This document shows, piece by piece, positions 26,031-40,250 of a stretch of DNA of 64,000 nucleotides. The stretch's first letter is position 1, and every line of letters begins with the position of its first letter. This stretch comes from Octopus vulgaris (Eukaryota), in assembly GCA_951406725.2 (NCBI GenBank), contig OX597826.1, positions 21,514,001-21,578,000 on the forward strand, given 5' to 3'. The translations under genes were made by a program, and so were the position numbers. Under the pieces are notes generated by a model. It was not told where the DNA came from and did no database searches. It worked only from the letters and a program-made list of their open reading frames with translations.

Positions 26031-26430
26031 CCTTCAACATCTGCTTTCCATGGCAAATGTTGGACAGTTTGACTGGAGCTGATCAGCTGAAGCGTGACTT
26101 GGGGCTCCAAATCTGTTTTGTCCTGGTTTCTGCAGCTGGATGCCTCTACTAACACCAACCACTTTACAAAGTGAACTGGGTACTTTTACACAGCACCAGC
26201 ATGGGTGACCCACAAGTCCACAAGATTAGGAACGCCCAGCTGAAGAGGTATGCAGGGGACATGCCTATGTGCAAGGACAACCCTGTATTTACTTAGCTTG
26301 GTATGACTTCCCTAACCTGCCAGAAATCTCGAACCCTTGTCATCTTGTCTGTGAGGAGCCCAACATCTGAAGATCCTTTTTACCACTTCATCCCACCCCT
26401 TCTTCCACAAGTTCCCTCCACAATTATAGC
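26030..26430 (-). mobile_element. RTE-type 3' tail fragments
   Basis: gctggatgcctctactaacaccaaccac and ctttttaccacttcatcccacc match the RTE-type tail seen elsewhere in the window. Confidence 0.55.
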
Positions 26431-27777
26431 TCATATATATGTAAAAACAAAATTGTAAAAAAATAAAAAAATAAAAATATCATAAAAACCTTTAAATATT
26501 AACCTTTTAGCATTTAAAACAGCCCCTACACCCAGCCTGATATTCTACTGGTTTTATGTTCAGGCTGGCCAGATCTGGCTTCTCTCACCTACCCTACAAT
26601 ATCTTTCTGAAACTATACAATGACATAATCAAAATCTCAAAGCTGAAAGCTGAAGAGTTAAAGGAATTTCTGAAGCAATGAGTGGGAGGAAAGATTGTGT
26701 GAGGGTAGGAGGGGATTATAGGAGACAAGGGATGGGGTTGCATGAAAACAAGAGATGGGATTCTGTGATGTTCATACCTTTCTGGAGGGTAAATCTTATT
26801 CCCTTTGGAATAATTCTTGCCATTATTTTCAGCTGTTTCACTTAACACCCAGCCAGTGACTTTTATGGCTGTGAAGCCATTAACCTTGTTTAAGATATAG
26901 TCTCTGATATCAACAACTTGACATAAACCATATTTCCAAGTTGCCAACCCATTCTCCATACATTCCACTGACAATAACATATATCTTTGGGCCTGTAGCA
27001 CCACCAAAATACTTACAGAACTCTTTTCTTTGGTCTCTTACTTCATTCTAAGTTCCTCTTTCATATTCTTCTTCTTTAGAGAGGATGAAATATTTGTCAT
27101 GTCTTCAGAATGCTGAAGAATCTACGACTTCCTTTCTATACATAAATTTAATCAACTGATATAGGTCTACATACACAAACCCACACACATTTGCTAACAC
27201 ATAGGCACACTTACAATAATATTTACACAGAAATACACACACATACATACATACAGACACATACAGACACATGCATACATGCATATATAAATTCATACAT
27301 ACATACAATACATACATTAATGCATGCATACACTCATATATACATATACTCACACATAACTACCAGTACACATACATACAAACACACACATTCACACATA
27401 CATTCATATGTACATACATCACACATTACAAATATAACTTTAAAATTTCCAATTAAAAGTGTATGTGCGTATTTAATGGTATATACACACATGCATATGT
27501 GTGTGTGTGTGTGTGTAATATAATCTATTAAAATTATATCAAATACCATACAAAATAAATTCTTGAGGTTAATTTCTGTTTGAGAGAAAAATAAACAAAT
27601 GCCTAGTAGTAATTGTGAGATAATCCTGATTAGCATAAGGCAAGGGGAGATAATCTTTCAGATATTAACATGTCAAACCATGGAAACCAAGTCCCCAAGA
27701 GTATCTTGGAATAATGATTGTCTTGGAGAGTAAAAAGAGTTGTCCAACTGTTGCCAGCATAGAAAAGGATGGCAAAA

Positions 27778-27809
<32 letters not shown>

Positions 27810-28607
27810 ACAGTGGTGGTAAAGAGGAAGAAGAGGATGTTTGTAAGAATTACAAATTCATTATTTCTAAGAACTTAACTAAAACCAGTTTTAACTCATC
27901 AAAATAAATAAGCCTGCAATAAACTTAGCACAAGGTTTTTTTTTCCACTCACCTCAGCAGTTATTAATTTAATTAACTTTGAATAAGAAGAAGTAATTAA
28001 TGATGTTTATCCAATGGGCAGGAAAAATATCATTTATTAGTGTTTTTCAGCAGATTTACACATAAAAAGTATGTTATTGATGTAAAAATTAAAAGATTAT
28101 GTGTTTGTTCTGCAAGATTCTTGATGTGAAAACGTGTGTTGAAACAGATATTGTTATACTTGAGGATGGTCATCTTTGTCTTTTTGCCAATTAAACACAT
28201 GCATGGGAGCTGTATGGGAACAATTAGTTCCTTACCATTTCTTTCTATGGAAGATGTGTGGTTGACTGACAGAAACATTGACATTGTTGAGAGATTCAGA
28301 ATATAGACAGATGCTGGATTTCAGTTCAACTACAGGTTCTTCAATGTTTCCTTGTTTGAGCTAATGTACACACACACACACACACACACACGTGCACACG
28401 CACACGTACACATACACACACATATATACATATATTAATGGTTGTTTTTATGCACAGTTTTAATGATTTTTATTTCCAGCCATACACTATACTTTTGTAG
28501 AATACAAATTTATTATTCTTATACAAGAATATTGACATTGACTGAAGTTTTGGCCAACTAAGTCATCATCAGACATATATACATATATATATATATATGT
28601 GTGTGTG

Positions 28608-28706
<99 letters not shown>

Positions 28707-28809
28707 TATATATATACATACATATATATATATATTAAAAATGGGTAAGGCTGGTTTATGGGAATACCTTAGGTTTTCCTTCCATAAAAGGTTTTAGCTT
28801 TATGGCGTA

Positions 28810-29045
28810 TCGTCCATGGGCTAACACATGATCACGTGACCAACCAGGCTACCAGATGTTGTTACACATCACTGGTCACAATGTGTTTTTGCATTGTTTT
28901 AGCTTTCGAATGATGTCACCCCGACTGGCTAGACAAGCAGGCCAACATTCCCTCTCAAAAGGGGAACTGGAGCCATGTAGAATGAAGCGTTTTGCTCAAG
29001 AATACAATGTGACACCCAATCAGGGAATTGAACCTAAATGTTAGG
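28810..29045 (-). mobile_element. tRNA/CORE-like SINE fragment (related copy at 31130-31345)
   Basis: Both loci share acatcactggtc(a/g)caatg and aatgaag(c/t)gtttt...aaga...gaattgaa (B box on the minus strand). Confidence 0.65.
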
Positions 29046-29056
29046 TCAAGGGCTTT

Positions 29057-29148
<92 letters not shown>

Positions 29149-29789
29149 CACACACGCATACACACATGTGTATGTATGATTAGTTATGGAAACCTGTCAT
29201 CTACAAGGAGCTGTGCACTCCCATTCACTTGCCCTTTATTTAATTGCTAAATAATTGGTTGCTAATTAATTGCTCAATATTAACAAATAGTAAATACCTT
29301 TTTAACTAGTTTAATCTTTTTATCAATAATCAATTTTACTGAATAGACATTCAGCCAATCAGCTGCAAAGCTAAGGCCCCACCCAAACCCAATATCATTT
29401 ACTTCTAGTAGATTCGATGAAGACCATTATCAAACACGGCAGCAGTCTACTTAACAAACACTTTGATTGTAAATCTCTATATTTATGAAACTAGTGTTTG
29501 CTAAGCTTTTCTCTCTTATGACGGTGATGGAGCACGGCAACAGTAGTGCTGGCTTCCTCTGGAATAATTATAGTTCTCTGGTTGCTGAAGGATTAGGCAC
29601 AAAAAAAAAAGAAAAAAGAAATAGATATAAAACAGGAGGAGTCTATATATTAATCTGAAATCGATAACTTAATCCTAAGCTGATGTTTCGTATGACAGTG
29701 TTGTTGCTTTTTTGGAGGCTAAAAACAAAGACTTCAGAACAGGAAGATAGAAAGAAATATTGGTATATATATATAAATATGTATGTATA

Positions 29790-29824
<35 letters not shown>

Positions 29825-31065
29825 GTATATTCATATATATGCATATGTGTATATATGTATATGTATGGGCCCCAGATATGCAAGGAAGAAATGTTAGGAG
29901 AAGAAAGTGTAATAAAGGAATGTTCTGTTAGTTGACAGAGCAAAAATCTGTCCAAATACAAAAATATTTATTTTATCATTAGCCAAAAATTCATACCATT
30001 GCAATTATCGACTTAGAAAAGATATTTGCACCAAGCAAATCAATTTGTGTCTCCATGAGAGACATGAGTGTGTGTGTGTGTGTGTGACCAATGAAAGTTA
30101 ATTGCTAAAGACATTGAGTTTTGTATCTGAAGTTGAGTGGTTAAGTTCCTACAGCCAGTTGACTTTAGCTGTGACACAACCATTGATCTGTTATCGGACA
30201 AATGGTTTATATTTATGCATCATTTGTTAAAGATAAGGTGTCAAAAATAAAATCGTTAACGCCATTCCAGTATGTTGTTTACAAGTGGAATTCCAACATG
30301 TTACTCATCTGCTGGGTATGTTGTGTTCTTGCTGGTCAGCTCAGCCACCAATAAAAACAATTCTTTATGGTTTTACAAGAAAGCCAGAATGGTTAGCAGC
30401 TTGCTGACGTCATCAATCCCATATAAAAAATCCCATTTGCAATTCACAGTTATTTTTATGTCTGTACACAGTGCTTTGGATTCAATTCCTTGGTAGTGAG
30501 TTGGTGTTTGTGATTCTGCTAGTATTCCATCTATAGAAGAAATAACAGAAAAAAAGAAGTGATACCGACAGATTGGCAAAAGTGTTGTACAAGATTTTGT
30601 CACTTAAATCCAATGACAAACAGATGTTGCACTATTATTTCCTTTCTGGATCTGTTTTGTATTTTCTAAAGTTCTATGGCGGTGGATGCATGGTGAGTGA
30701 AATGTCATATCCATGTACATGAGAAGATGAAAGCCACTCAGATTAATTAGGCTGAATTGGAGACAGTTATCATCTGACACGACAAGGCAATCATCATGTA
30801 TGTATGTGTGTATGTATATGTATATGTATGTATGTGTGTGTATGTGTGTATGCGTGTGTGAGTCTCTCTCTCTCTCTCTCTCACTCTCTATATATATATA
30901 TATATATATATATTAATAGTCATGGTAAGACAACAAAAGAATGAATGAAACCTCAATATTATGTAACTTCAGAAATTTATCTGCAATATAATATGTGACA
31001 ATTATTTGGTTGCCAAACTCGGAGTCTTATTATTGCAACCGAATAATTGTCACTTATTATATTAT

Positions 31066-31110
<45 letters not shown>

Positions 31111-31351
31111 TTAAGGTAGCATTAAAACATCACTGGTCGCAATGCGCATTGCAAGCAGACCAATGTTCTTCCCCTCAATCGGAAGGCTGGTTCATTGCAG
31201 AGTGACCCATTTACAGCTGAGTGCAGTGGAACAACATGAAATGAAGTGTTTTACCGAAGAACACAACCCACCACCCAGTCCAAGAATTGAATCCATGATA
31301 TAGCAATCAGGAGTGCAACACTTTAACCACTGAACCACATGCCTAGTGGTA

Positions 31352-31407
<56 letters not shown>

Positions 31408-31585
31408 TGATATATATTTTGTTTTATTTTGTTCTGTTTACCTTGCATTATTGTACCAATGAGTATTATATTATATAAGTGTAGCATTATGAAGTTTATG
31501 CATAAGTTTTTATATTTTACATTTTTATATTTTTATATTTATATGTATATGGATAAATAATCTTTTTCACAATTATAACAAATTT

Positions 31586-31701
31586 AATTCTCTGAAGAGG
31601 CCGTGGGGCATCCTTGTTAATGCCTCATTTATACCTGCCTTTATGGCTTATAGGTTAAATGAGGTATGACTGCCCTCGCTGCCGAAACAGCTGTCAGATT
31701 T
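31586..31701 (+). ncRNA. Type I hammerhead ribozyme with extended stem II
   Basis: AATTCT-CTGAAGA(31592-31598)-GGC...GCC-GAA-ACAGCTGT-C(31695)-AGATTT. Canonical core, GUC cleavage triplet, palindromic stem III, stem I TCT/AGA. Stem II extended by cgtggggca/tgccctcg and atgcctcattta/taaatgaggtat. Confidence 0.82.
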
Positions 31702-33417
31702 GATTTAATTACATATTATATTTGAAATTTTATACTTATATCTCTTTGTCTATTTACTGTATATTTTATATAATGCCTTTACTGATATGTAATGGTGTAA
31801 TAAAGTATTGATTGGGTATCATCTGATAGTTGATGTTTTATTGATTTAAGTATGTTTCTCCATTTTCTAATTTTGTAGTATTAATTTACGGTAATATTAT
31901 TACCTTTACCCATATAATACAATAGATGAACTGATTGTTTGGCAATTTTTAACATCTATGTATTAGTCTTGTTGGGTACCTATCTAGCAGTATATTGGAT
32001 ATATATTATCCCATGGTGGGTTGAATTTTCAACCCCTATCTCATTTTATAATATATATATATATATATATATTCACACACTACTTCTCAAAAGTTTTGAT
32101 TTATCAATAAAAACTTCTTGTTTCTCCCAAATTATTTTAATTTTATTTCCTTGAAAATCTTCGTTTGAATTCAGAAATCAGGAATGTTTGTGTTCCCAGA
32201 ACTATTCTTATCCAGGATTCTTTAACCAATTACTTAGGTGAGAATGTGGAATATTGGTTCTAGGGCACAAATTTTGGAGTAACATTCTCGAAAGGTGCCA
32301 CTACTGGAACACAGATGAAATATCTTGTTTGGTGGCTGTCAGAGTTATTTAACCTTAGGTCATTTCAGATTAAGCAAACTTATCATGAAACATATCTAAT
32401 TTTTGACTAAGGCTATCTAGGAATACATTAGCTAATGAATCTGTCTTATTTAAAATGGTCAGTGTAAGACTTGAGAGAGATTTGGCTGCTGTTATTTCTA
32501 GCAAGTCAGACAAACACATGGAGATTCTGACCTTGGTTTATGCTGTTAATAAGATAACACTGAACATTAAAGGAGATCCACTTCCATTCCTGAACAACCA
32601 AAATCAAGTTTATTGCTCTGGGAATCTTTGAAGAACATGTAGCAATATTTTGGTAAGTCAGTATACCAAAATGTACTTATAATTATTGTTAAAACATTGA
32701 AATAAAGTATTATTGCAAGAACTGGAAGGATATCATTTCTGTGAAGAATCTGCTAAAATACATCTGTTGCCAAATTATAGGAAGACACAACAATTTACAA
32801 TATCTTATTCCTCTAGTCTGGCACCAAATTGTTTTTGAAGAAGTCCCAACAGAGAATATGAAAATGTACCAAATTACACCATGCTAGTTTTGTCTTTGGC
32901 TCTTTGAGGAAACAGGGAAATTGTTTTTGTCGCTGCCTAAACTCATCTCAACCTCCATCAAACAGAAGAACTTTTTGCTGCCCCTACCTCACCTTGCTGC
33001 ACCTGTCTCCTAATCCCTCATAATTCTCCATCTCTCATCTCCTCTTCCCCTTCACTTTGCTCTCACTCCATTCGAAGTGAGCCCTTCATTAAACTCACAT
33101 ATAAAACGATACCCTGCACCACTCTTGCCTCCACCCCCAACACTCATTCTACCCCCTTCTCATGTCTTACTTCTTCTCTCTCTCTCTCTTTGCTCTACAC
33201 AGTGTCAGTTACTGAGAACTCATACTACACCCGGTACACTCATTATAATGGTTGGTGATAGGAAGAGCATCCAGCCACAGAAAACGAAGTTCAATGCCAT
33301 GCATGAACACCAGTGTTTAGGACCAAAACCTTCCAATAAGAAATGTCTTGGTCACTGATGAGACATCTAACCCAAGCTGGCAAACAAAGTGGATGTAACA
33401 TGATGATGATGATGATG

Positions 33418-33461
<44 letters not shown>

Positions 33462-33537
33462 ATGTGAGTGTGTGGGGGATGTGTGCTTGTGTGTGCATGT
33501 ATGTCTGTCTGTATGTATGTATCATTTCATCATGTTG

Positions 33538-33735
33538 AACCGTTAATCCCTACACATTTTTTCTCTCTCCATTTCTTTTCATTCTCTCACCATTATTTTG
33601 CTCTCAACCCTTTCTGTCAAAGAGTGTAGGATTAAAACATCAAAGACTTTTTCTTTCTTCCCGAGCAGCAAACTAATACACCTGCTTGTTGTTCCTTCAC
33701 CTGTCTTCATCTTTTATTTTCTGTAAATTTGAACA
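33538..33735 (+). mobile_element. Degenerate copy of the ~200-bp hammerhead-bearing repeat
   Basis: tttctgtcaaagagtgtaggattaaaacatcaaagacttt...taatacacctg aligns with the reverse complement of 60411-60592 and with 15900-16096. Followed by (CATA)/(TA) repeats. Confidence 0.65.
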
Positions 33736-33767
33736 ACATACATACATACATACATATATACATACAT

Positions 33768-33798
<31 letters not shown>

Positions 33799-33914
33799 AT
33801 ATATATAATGTACATACATCTACATATACACATATATACTTACATACAAACATACGTATGTATACATACATACATACATACATACATACATACATACATA
33901 CATACATACATACA

Positions 33915-33987
<73 letters not shown>

Positions 33988-34004
33988 CCTGCACCCTGTA
34001 TATT

Positions 34005-34630
34005 TACAGGGTGCAGTGAATAAATTGTCATCTAAATTATGCAAAAATGAAAATAACAGTGACATCTCATTTTAACAGATATATTTACCAAAATTACATT
34101 AAAATATCTTGAAATACCAAAGAGTAAATTTATTCAATAAAATCATCATTGGTTTCCACCACGGCCTCCAGATGACTTTGGAATCTCCTGCAACTCTTCT
34201 GGACGGTCTCCTTGTTTAAGTTGGTCAATGCTACCATAATCCTTGCCTTCAGTTCATCTTTGGGTTACAAGGAGTTTTGTTGGTCTCTTGCTCAGCTGCA
34301 TCCCACACATAATAATCAAAAGGGTTGCAGTTTGAGGAGTTAGGTGGCCAGATGTTAGGGGTGATGTTGTCACAAAAATTTGTCAGACAGCCATGGCTCT
34401 TGGTACACGTTTTGAGGACATAGCAAGCCAATGGCTGTTCTGTGTGTTCGCCATCTGATCCTGGCAGAAATTTTTCTCATCTGAGAAAAACCAAAGCATG
34501 TTCAGTTGGAGGGGATGCTTGAGTTTGCTCAAAAGCTTCATCTTTCCTCTTTCCCTTGATGGCTTGGGATTAAAATTGGCCCTTTCTCATCTTGTATGAG
34601 GAATACTGAATGTCTTCATGCACTACCTGC
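34005..34630 (-). mobile_element. maT/DD37D-like (Tc1-mariner superfamily) transposon remnant with one TIR
   Basis: Minus strand: VVHEDIQYSSYKMRKGQF, MLWFFSDEKNFCQDQ, WPPNSSNCNPFDYYVW and CRRFQSHLEAVVETND. Terminus tacagggtgc. Confidence 0.85.
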
Positions 34631-34632
34631 TA

Positions 34633-34790
34633 TAGAAATACAATAAATTGGCAGATCTATATAACATGTCATGTATCACCAAATGATCATTCCTGATTTT
34701 TGAAGTCATCTAATGATACACATTGAGCCAAAAAGATTGCTTCGGGATACATGTCATGTTAGATAAACCTGCCAATTTATTGTAACCCTA
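34633..34790. mobile_element. MITE with ~40-bp TIRs
   Basis: tacaataaattggcagatctatataacatgtcatgtatc (34639-34677) versus gatacatgtcatgttagataaacctgccaatttattgta (34746-34784). Confidence 0.8.
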
Positions 34791-34860
34791 AAATTATGAA
34801 ACTATTAGTAGCTCTTTTGTATCTGTATATATGTGTGTGTGTATAATATATATACATACA

Positions 34861-35185
34861 GTGAAGGTGCATGGCTCAGTGGTTAGAGCATCGATCTTAC
34901 GATTGCGAGTTTGTGAGTTCAATTCCTGGACTGGGATGCATGTTGTGTTCTTGAGCAAGACACTTTATTTCACATTGTTCCAGTTTACTCAGCTGTAGAA
35001 ATGAGTTGTGACATCACTGGTGCCAAGCTGTATCGGCCCCTTTGCCTTTCCCTAGGATAACATCTGTGATGTGGTGAGGGGAGGCTGGTATGCATGGGCA
35101 ACTGCTGGTCTTCCATAAACAACCTTGCCCAGAGGGTAACTTTCTAGGTGCAATCTGATGGTCATCTATGACCGAAGTGGGGTCT
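34861..35185 (+). mobile_element. tRNA-derived CORE-like SINE
   Basis: A box TGGCTCAGTGG, B box GAGTTCAATTCC, then ttgagcaagacactttatttcac...cagctgtagaaatgag (CORE-like). Related copy at 49135-49380. Confidence 0.8.
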
Positions 35186-35576
35186 TTTTAATATATTTAT
35201 TTATTTATGCATTTCACATTAAAGAACCAATATTTTATGATGTCAAGTTGAAAAATTATGTGTCTGGTGGCCTATTTTAAAATTCTATCAAGAGAAAACT
35301 CTCATTCCTGGAATGTATGTAGTCGTTGGAAGCTCTCAGGTTCTTTAAGAGATGTAGTTTTTCAAGAGAACATACTGAACATCTTTTGGACCAGTTATTA
35401 TAGGATCTGGCCTTCCAGCAACAACATCAAATGGTAGAAATCAAGCATTATATCGGAGCCATGGAAGGAAAATTTAAAGCCAGAAAGAACAACCATCTTT
35501 CGAATTTAAGGCACTATGGCATTCTAAGACCCTTTCAGCTTTAATCTGGAGGCTTAAAGATGAAAGGATCAATTAC

Positions 35577-35625
<49 letters not shown>

Positions 35626-35779
35626 GTTTAACGTCCGTTTTCCATGCTGGCATGGGTTGGATGGTTCGACTAGGGTCTGGGAAGCCAGGAGGCTGCACCA
35701 TGTCAAATGGAAAATCTTCTCCAAAGTCAGACTCTAGATAGCTATATTTAACAATGACCAGTGGTTTTCATTATAACAT

Positions 35780-35879
<100 letters not shown>

Positions 35880-35973
35880 TTGAGAGATAGATAGATAGAT
35901 AGATAGATAGATAGGTAGATAAGTAGATAAGTAGATAGGTAGATAGATAGATAGATAGGTAGATAGATAGATA

Positions 35974-36676
<703 letters not shown>

Positions 36677-37194
36677 CACACACAAACACAGAGACATGTA
36701 TGTATGATTTTTATGTCTGTCAAATGTTTGATAATTTTAAGTTCTACACATCAAATCCATGTCTCAATAAAATATAAAACAAGTTTCAATGATATTGAAA
36801 TTAATTCAAGATTAAAAAACATAATTTTAAAGGAAATAAAAATGATAATTAATTATTAGGAATTATATTTATGTTAAATAGTTTTTTTTGTTTGTTTTAA
36901 AGGGTTTTTTCTAAATTGAATTTTTAAATTTTTCTCAGATGTGAGTGAAATTATAAGCCATAATTGTTGAATAATGAGTAGTAAAATATTTATATGAATC
37001 TTTTTATACAAAGAAACACTATTTTGCTAATTCTTTTATTAATCATATCCTTCATCAATCATGTGCAGAAGATTGATGTCTAACCAATAAAAATGGGTGT
37101 GGGACAACATCACCAGTCTCTGTTGTTTTAAAGTAATTGATCGCTGTTCAGTGACATTGACTTTCTGTTCATTACACCACCACAAAACAAACAG

Positions 37195-37236
<42 letters not shown>

Positions 37237-37585
37237 CATATGCCTGTGTGTGTGTGTATGTATATATATATATTTACAAATAGGTATGTATGTATGTATG
37301 TACAATATACATATACATTTACATACATATACATACATACATTTCTTTATATGTATGTGTGTGTGTGTGTGGGTTTGAGCATGTGTGTGTGTGTGCGTGC
37401 GTGTGCATCAGGGTGTGTGTATGTGTGTAAACTTGCCAGATTATTGCAACCAAAGTAATATTTTGATTTTAGGTTGAACCTTTTCCTCGCAATAATGTGA
37501 TCTTGACACAGTCTCTCTGTCTCTCTCTCTTTCTCTCTCTGTCTCTGTCTCTGTCTCCGTCTCTCTCTCTGTCTCCTTCTCTCTC

Positions 37586-37629
<44 letters not shown>

Positions 37630-38141
37630 TGTCTCTCTCTCTGTCTCTCTCTCTGTCTCTCTCTCTCAGCAAGCATTGCCTCACACTAAAGCAGATTATC
37701 AAGATAGAGGTGGCTTGCACGAAGGCGGGAGGGAGGGATCTGATTAGCTCTGACACATGATGTGTTACATTTCTAATAAATTATCAATTGTAATCCTATT
37801 CAATATGATTATCTCTCACACGTGAAAGGGAAAAAGAAAAAAAATAAAGAAGCCAACATCAGAGCACTATTTGAATTTGTCTGGGTAGTTCTGGTTGTTA
37901 GCTCATTGACTCCATAACTGTCAACTGTTTGCCAACATGAGGCACAACTGAAAGCTGTCTCTTGTCAGCCACTCTTACTGGTTATCCTTTCACATTGGAA
38001 CTAAACAGACATTTATCATTTATTCATTTCATAAATCTTGCCTTTATTTTTATGATTGTGTCTACATCATTTCTGGTACTTAATACATATAGCAGGAACA
38101 ACACTGATTAACTGTGGACTTCTGTAAGTAAATGTTCTCTT

Positions 38142-38232
<91 letters not shown>

Positions 38233-40198
38233 ATTGATGTTAGAATTGTATTAGAACCTTATTATTAATAGTTGTCTAAATCACAATATTCTTCAGTTGG
38301 GACAATTATATAAGAGGGAGTAAAACTTGTTGACATCAACAGATTCCATTCTGTTTCTTTCAACATTTTCATCCCAACCCATCCAAAAACATTCCTGGTT
38401 CTATGCTGCAAACTTCCTGTTTTAAAAGTGACCTTTCTTCAAAATTGCTAAGTTTATGTCAAGAGTGACACTTATTTTACCAAATTCTTTATAATTTTCA
38501 AAATTAATTGAAACAAAAGCAATTATTTCAAAAAAATATAGTAAGAAAAGGGTTAATACTACAATGTTCAGTTAATCCAAAACCCAAAATTCTTTGGTGG
38601 AATAAATAGAATTTAGAAAGAAATAGATAAGATTTTCAAATTCCAGAATTAATGCATGCACCAAAGACATTCTGTTTTTTCAAACCCAAAACAAATCTCT
38701 AACCAACCAATGAATACAGGTGTTTTCCATGGAATGGTACACTGTCCCCTTTTAAAACTTTTTCCTTGTGTGGTAGACCATTTTACGTTGCTTCCTTAAT
38801 TTCTGTTCATTAATTTAATTAAAATTACATCAATTAAGCCTTTATTCTCTTTTGTAGGGTTTTTATGGCTGCAAGTTAGGGAGTTGAATTGGTTTTGTGT
38901 TACTGTCGCAATACTCTTATAAAATCCTCATCACTCTCTCTCTTCCTCTTTCCACCTCTCTCTCTCTCTCTCTGTTTCTCTTTCTTTCTGTTCCTTTCAT
39001 TCTCTCCCTCATTCTCTCTCACTCTCACCAAATCTTCACTCCTAAAGTGTCCTATTTACCACGAATACACTCTTCTGTAATTTAGGCACCAGGCCAGCAG
39101 TTTTGAAGTGGGGGGTTAGTCAATTACCCCTTCCTTCAAAATTATTGACCTTTATTTTATCAACCCTGAAAGGACGAAAAGCAAAGTTGACTTTGAACTC
39201 AAAACATTTTGTGTTTGAACAAAAATACCAATGCTCTATTGATTCTTAAAATGTAACACTTCTACTCCCTTCTCTAATTATACTCAACACCGCTTTTTAT
39301 TTAAAAGTTATTCCTGCAAATGGAACTATCTATTTAAACCATTATTCTCTTCAGTAAAATAGAAGAATTTTAAACAAAAATATAATTTAGAAAAACAATT
39401 CTTTAAATTAGCTTTTTAATTGGCAAAGGTTCATCAATAGAATAACCAAGACATCCATAAAAAAAAACGTATTTTGATTGAACAGTAATTGGTATCAATG
39501 CTTATTGTAAAAACGATTACATTGATGCTTATGACATAAATGTTGTGATGAGTTCAAATCCAACTGAAGCCAATTTGGTTCTTGTTTCTTCCGAGATCAA
39601 TAAAATAAGTACCAGTGATAAACTGGTGTCAATTTAATCACATGCTCCCTCACCATCAAGTTGTGGCATTTTGTTAGAGTTCTTAACCATGAATGGCCGG
39701 CAACTGAAACAATAGAGCGGTTCTGTGGCTCGGTGCTATTGCAAGGTACCTCGGTATCTTGGGGTAGGTGTCTCCTATGACTTGAGTCTTGTAACACTGG
39801 GTGGAGCACAAGTGTCTGCATGGAAACTTGTTGGATGGAATGTCCATATTGACGGGTGGCAGATTTAATCAGTTTCAAAGGGTTTTAAACCACCCCCTAA
39901 CCCTTGGATGCTATTTACAGGGTTCATTCTGTTTGCATGCATTTTGAACAGGGCCTTTCATTCTCCCCCCTTCCTCCCCTCCACCATTCTCAGAAACCAT
40001 GGAGACAGACATCAGTTTTGACCTCCCACCCACCCCTAAGATTGAAAAAACAAAACAGAAACTATTTTGAAGGGCTTAGAGTATAATTATCAAAGACAAT
40101 GTAACACTGATTTATGTGTTTGTGTAATCATTGTTTTACATGTGACAGTTTGAAAGATTTACAAGGATAAACACTTGTTATAAGGACTCATAATTAAT

Positions 40199-40250
<52 letters not shown>

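Noticed and set aside
29455-29500. Hairpin caaacact...agtgtttg
   Set aside because: Only 8 contiguous pairs plus a weak AU-rich inner helix; within chance expectation.
34861-34935. tRNA-like sequences with A and B boxes (also near 9826, 12140 and 49135)
   Set aside because: They continue into SINE bodies and lack a complete cloverleaf; these are SINE heads, not tRNA genes.
38811-38821. TAATTTAATTA matching the photoreceptor P3/RCSI homeodomain palindrome (also at 27965-27975)
   Set aside because: An all-AT 11-mer is expected by chance in this genome, and the TSS is unknown.
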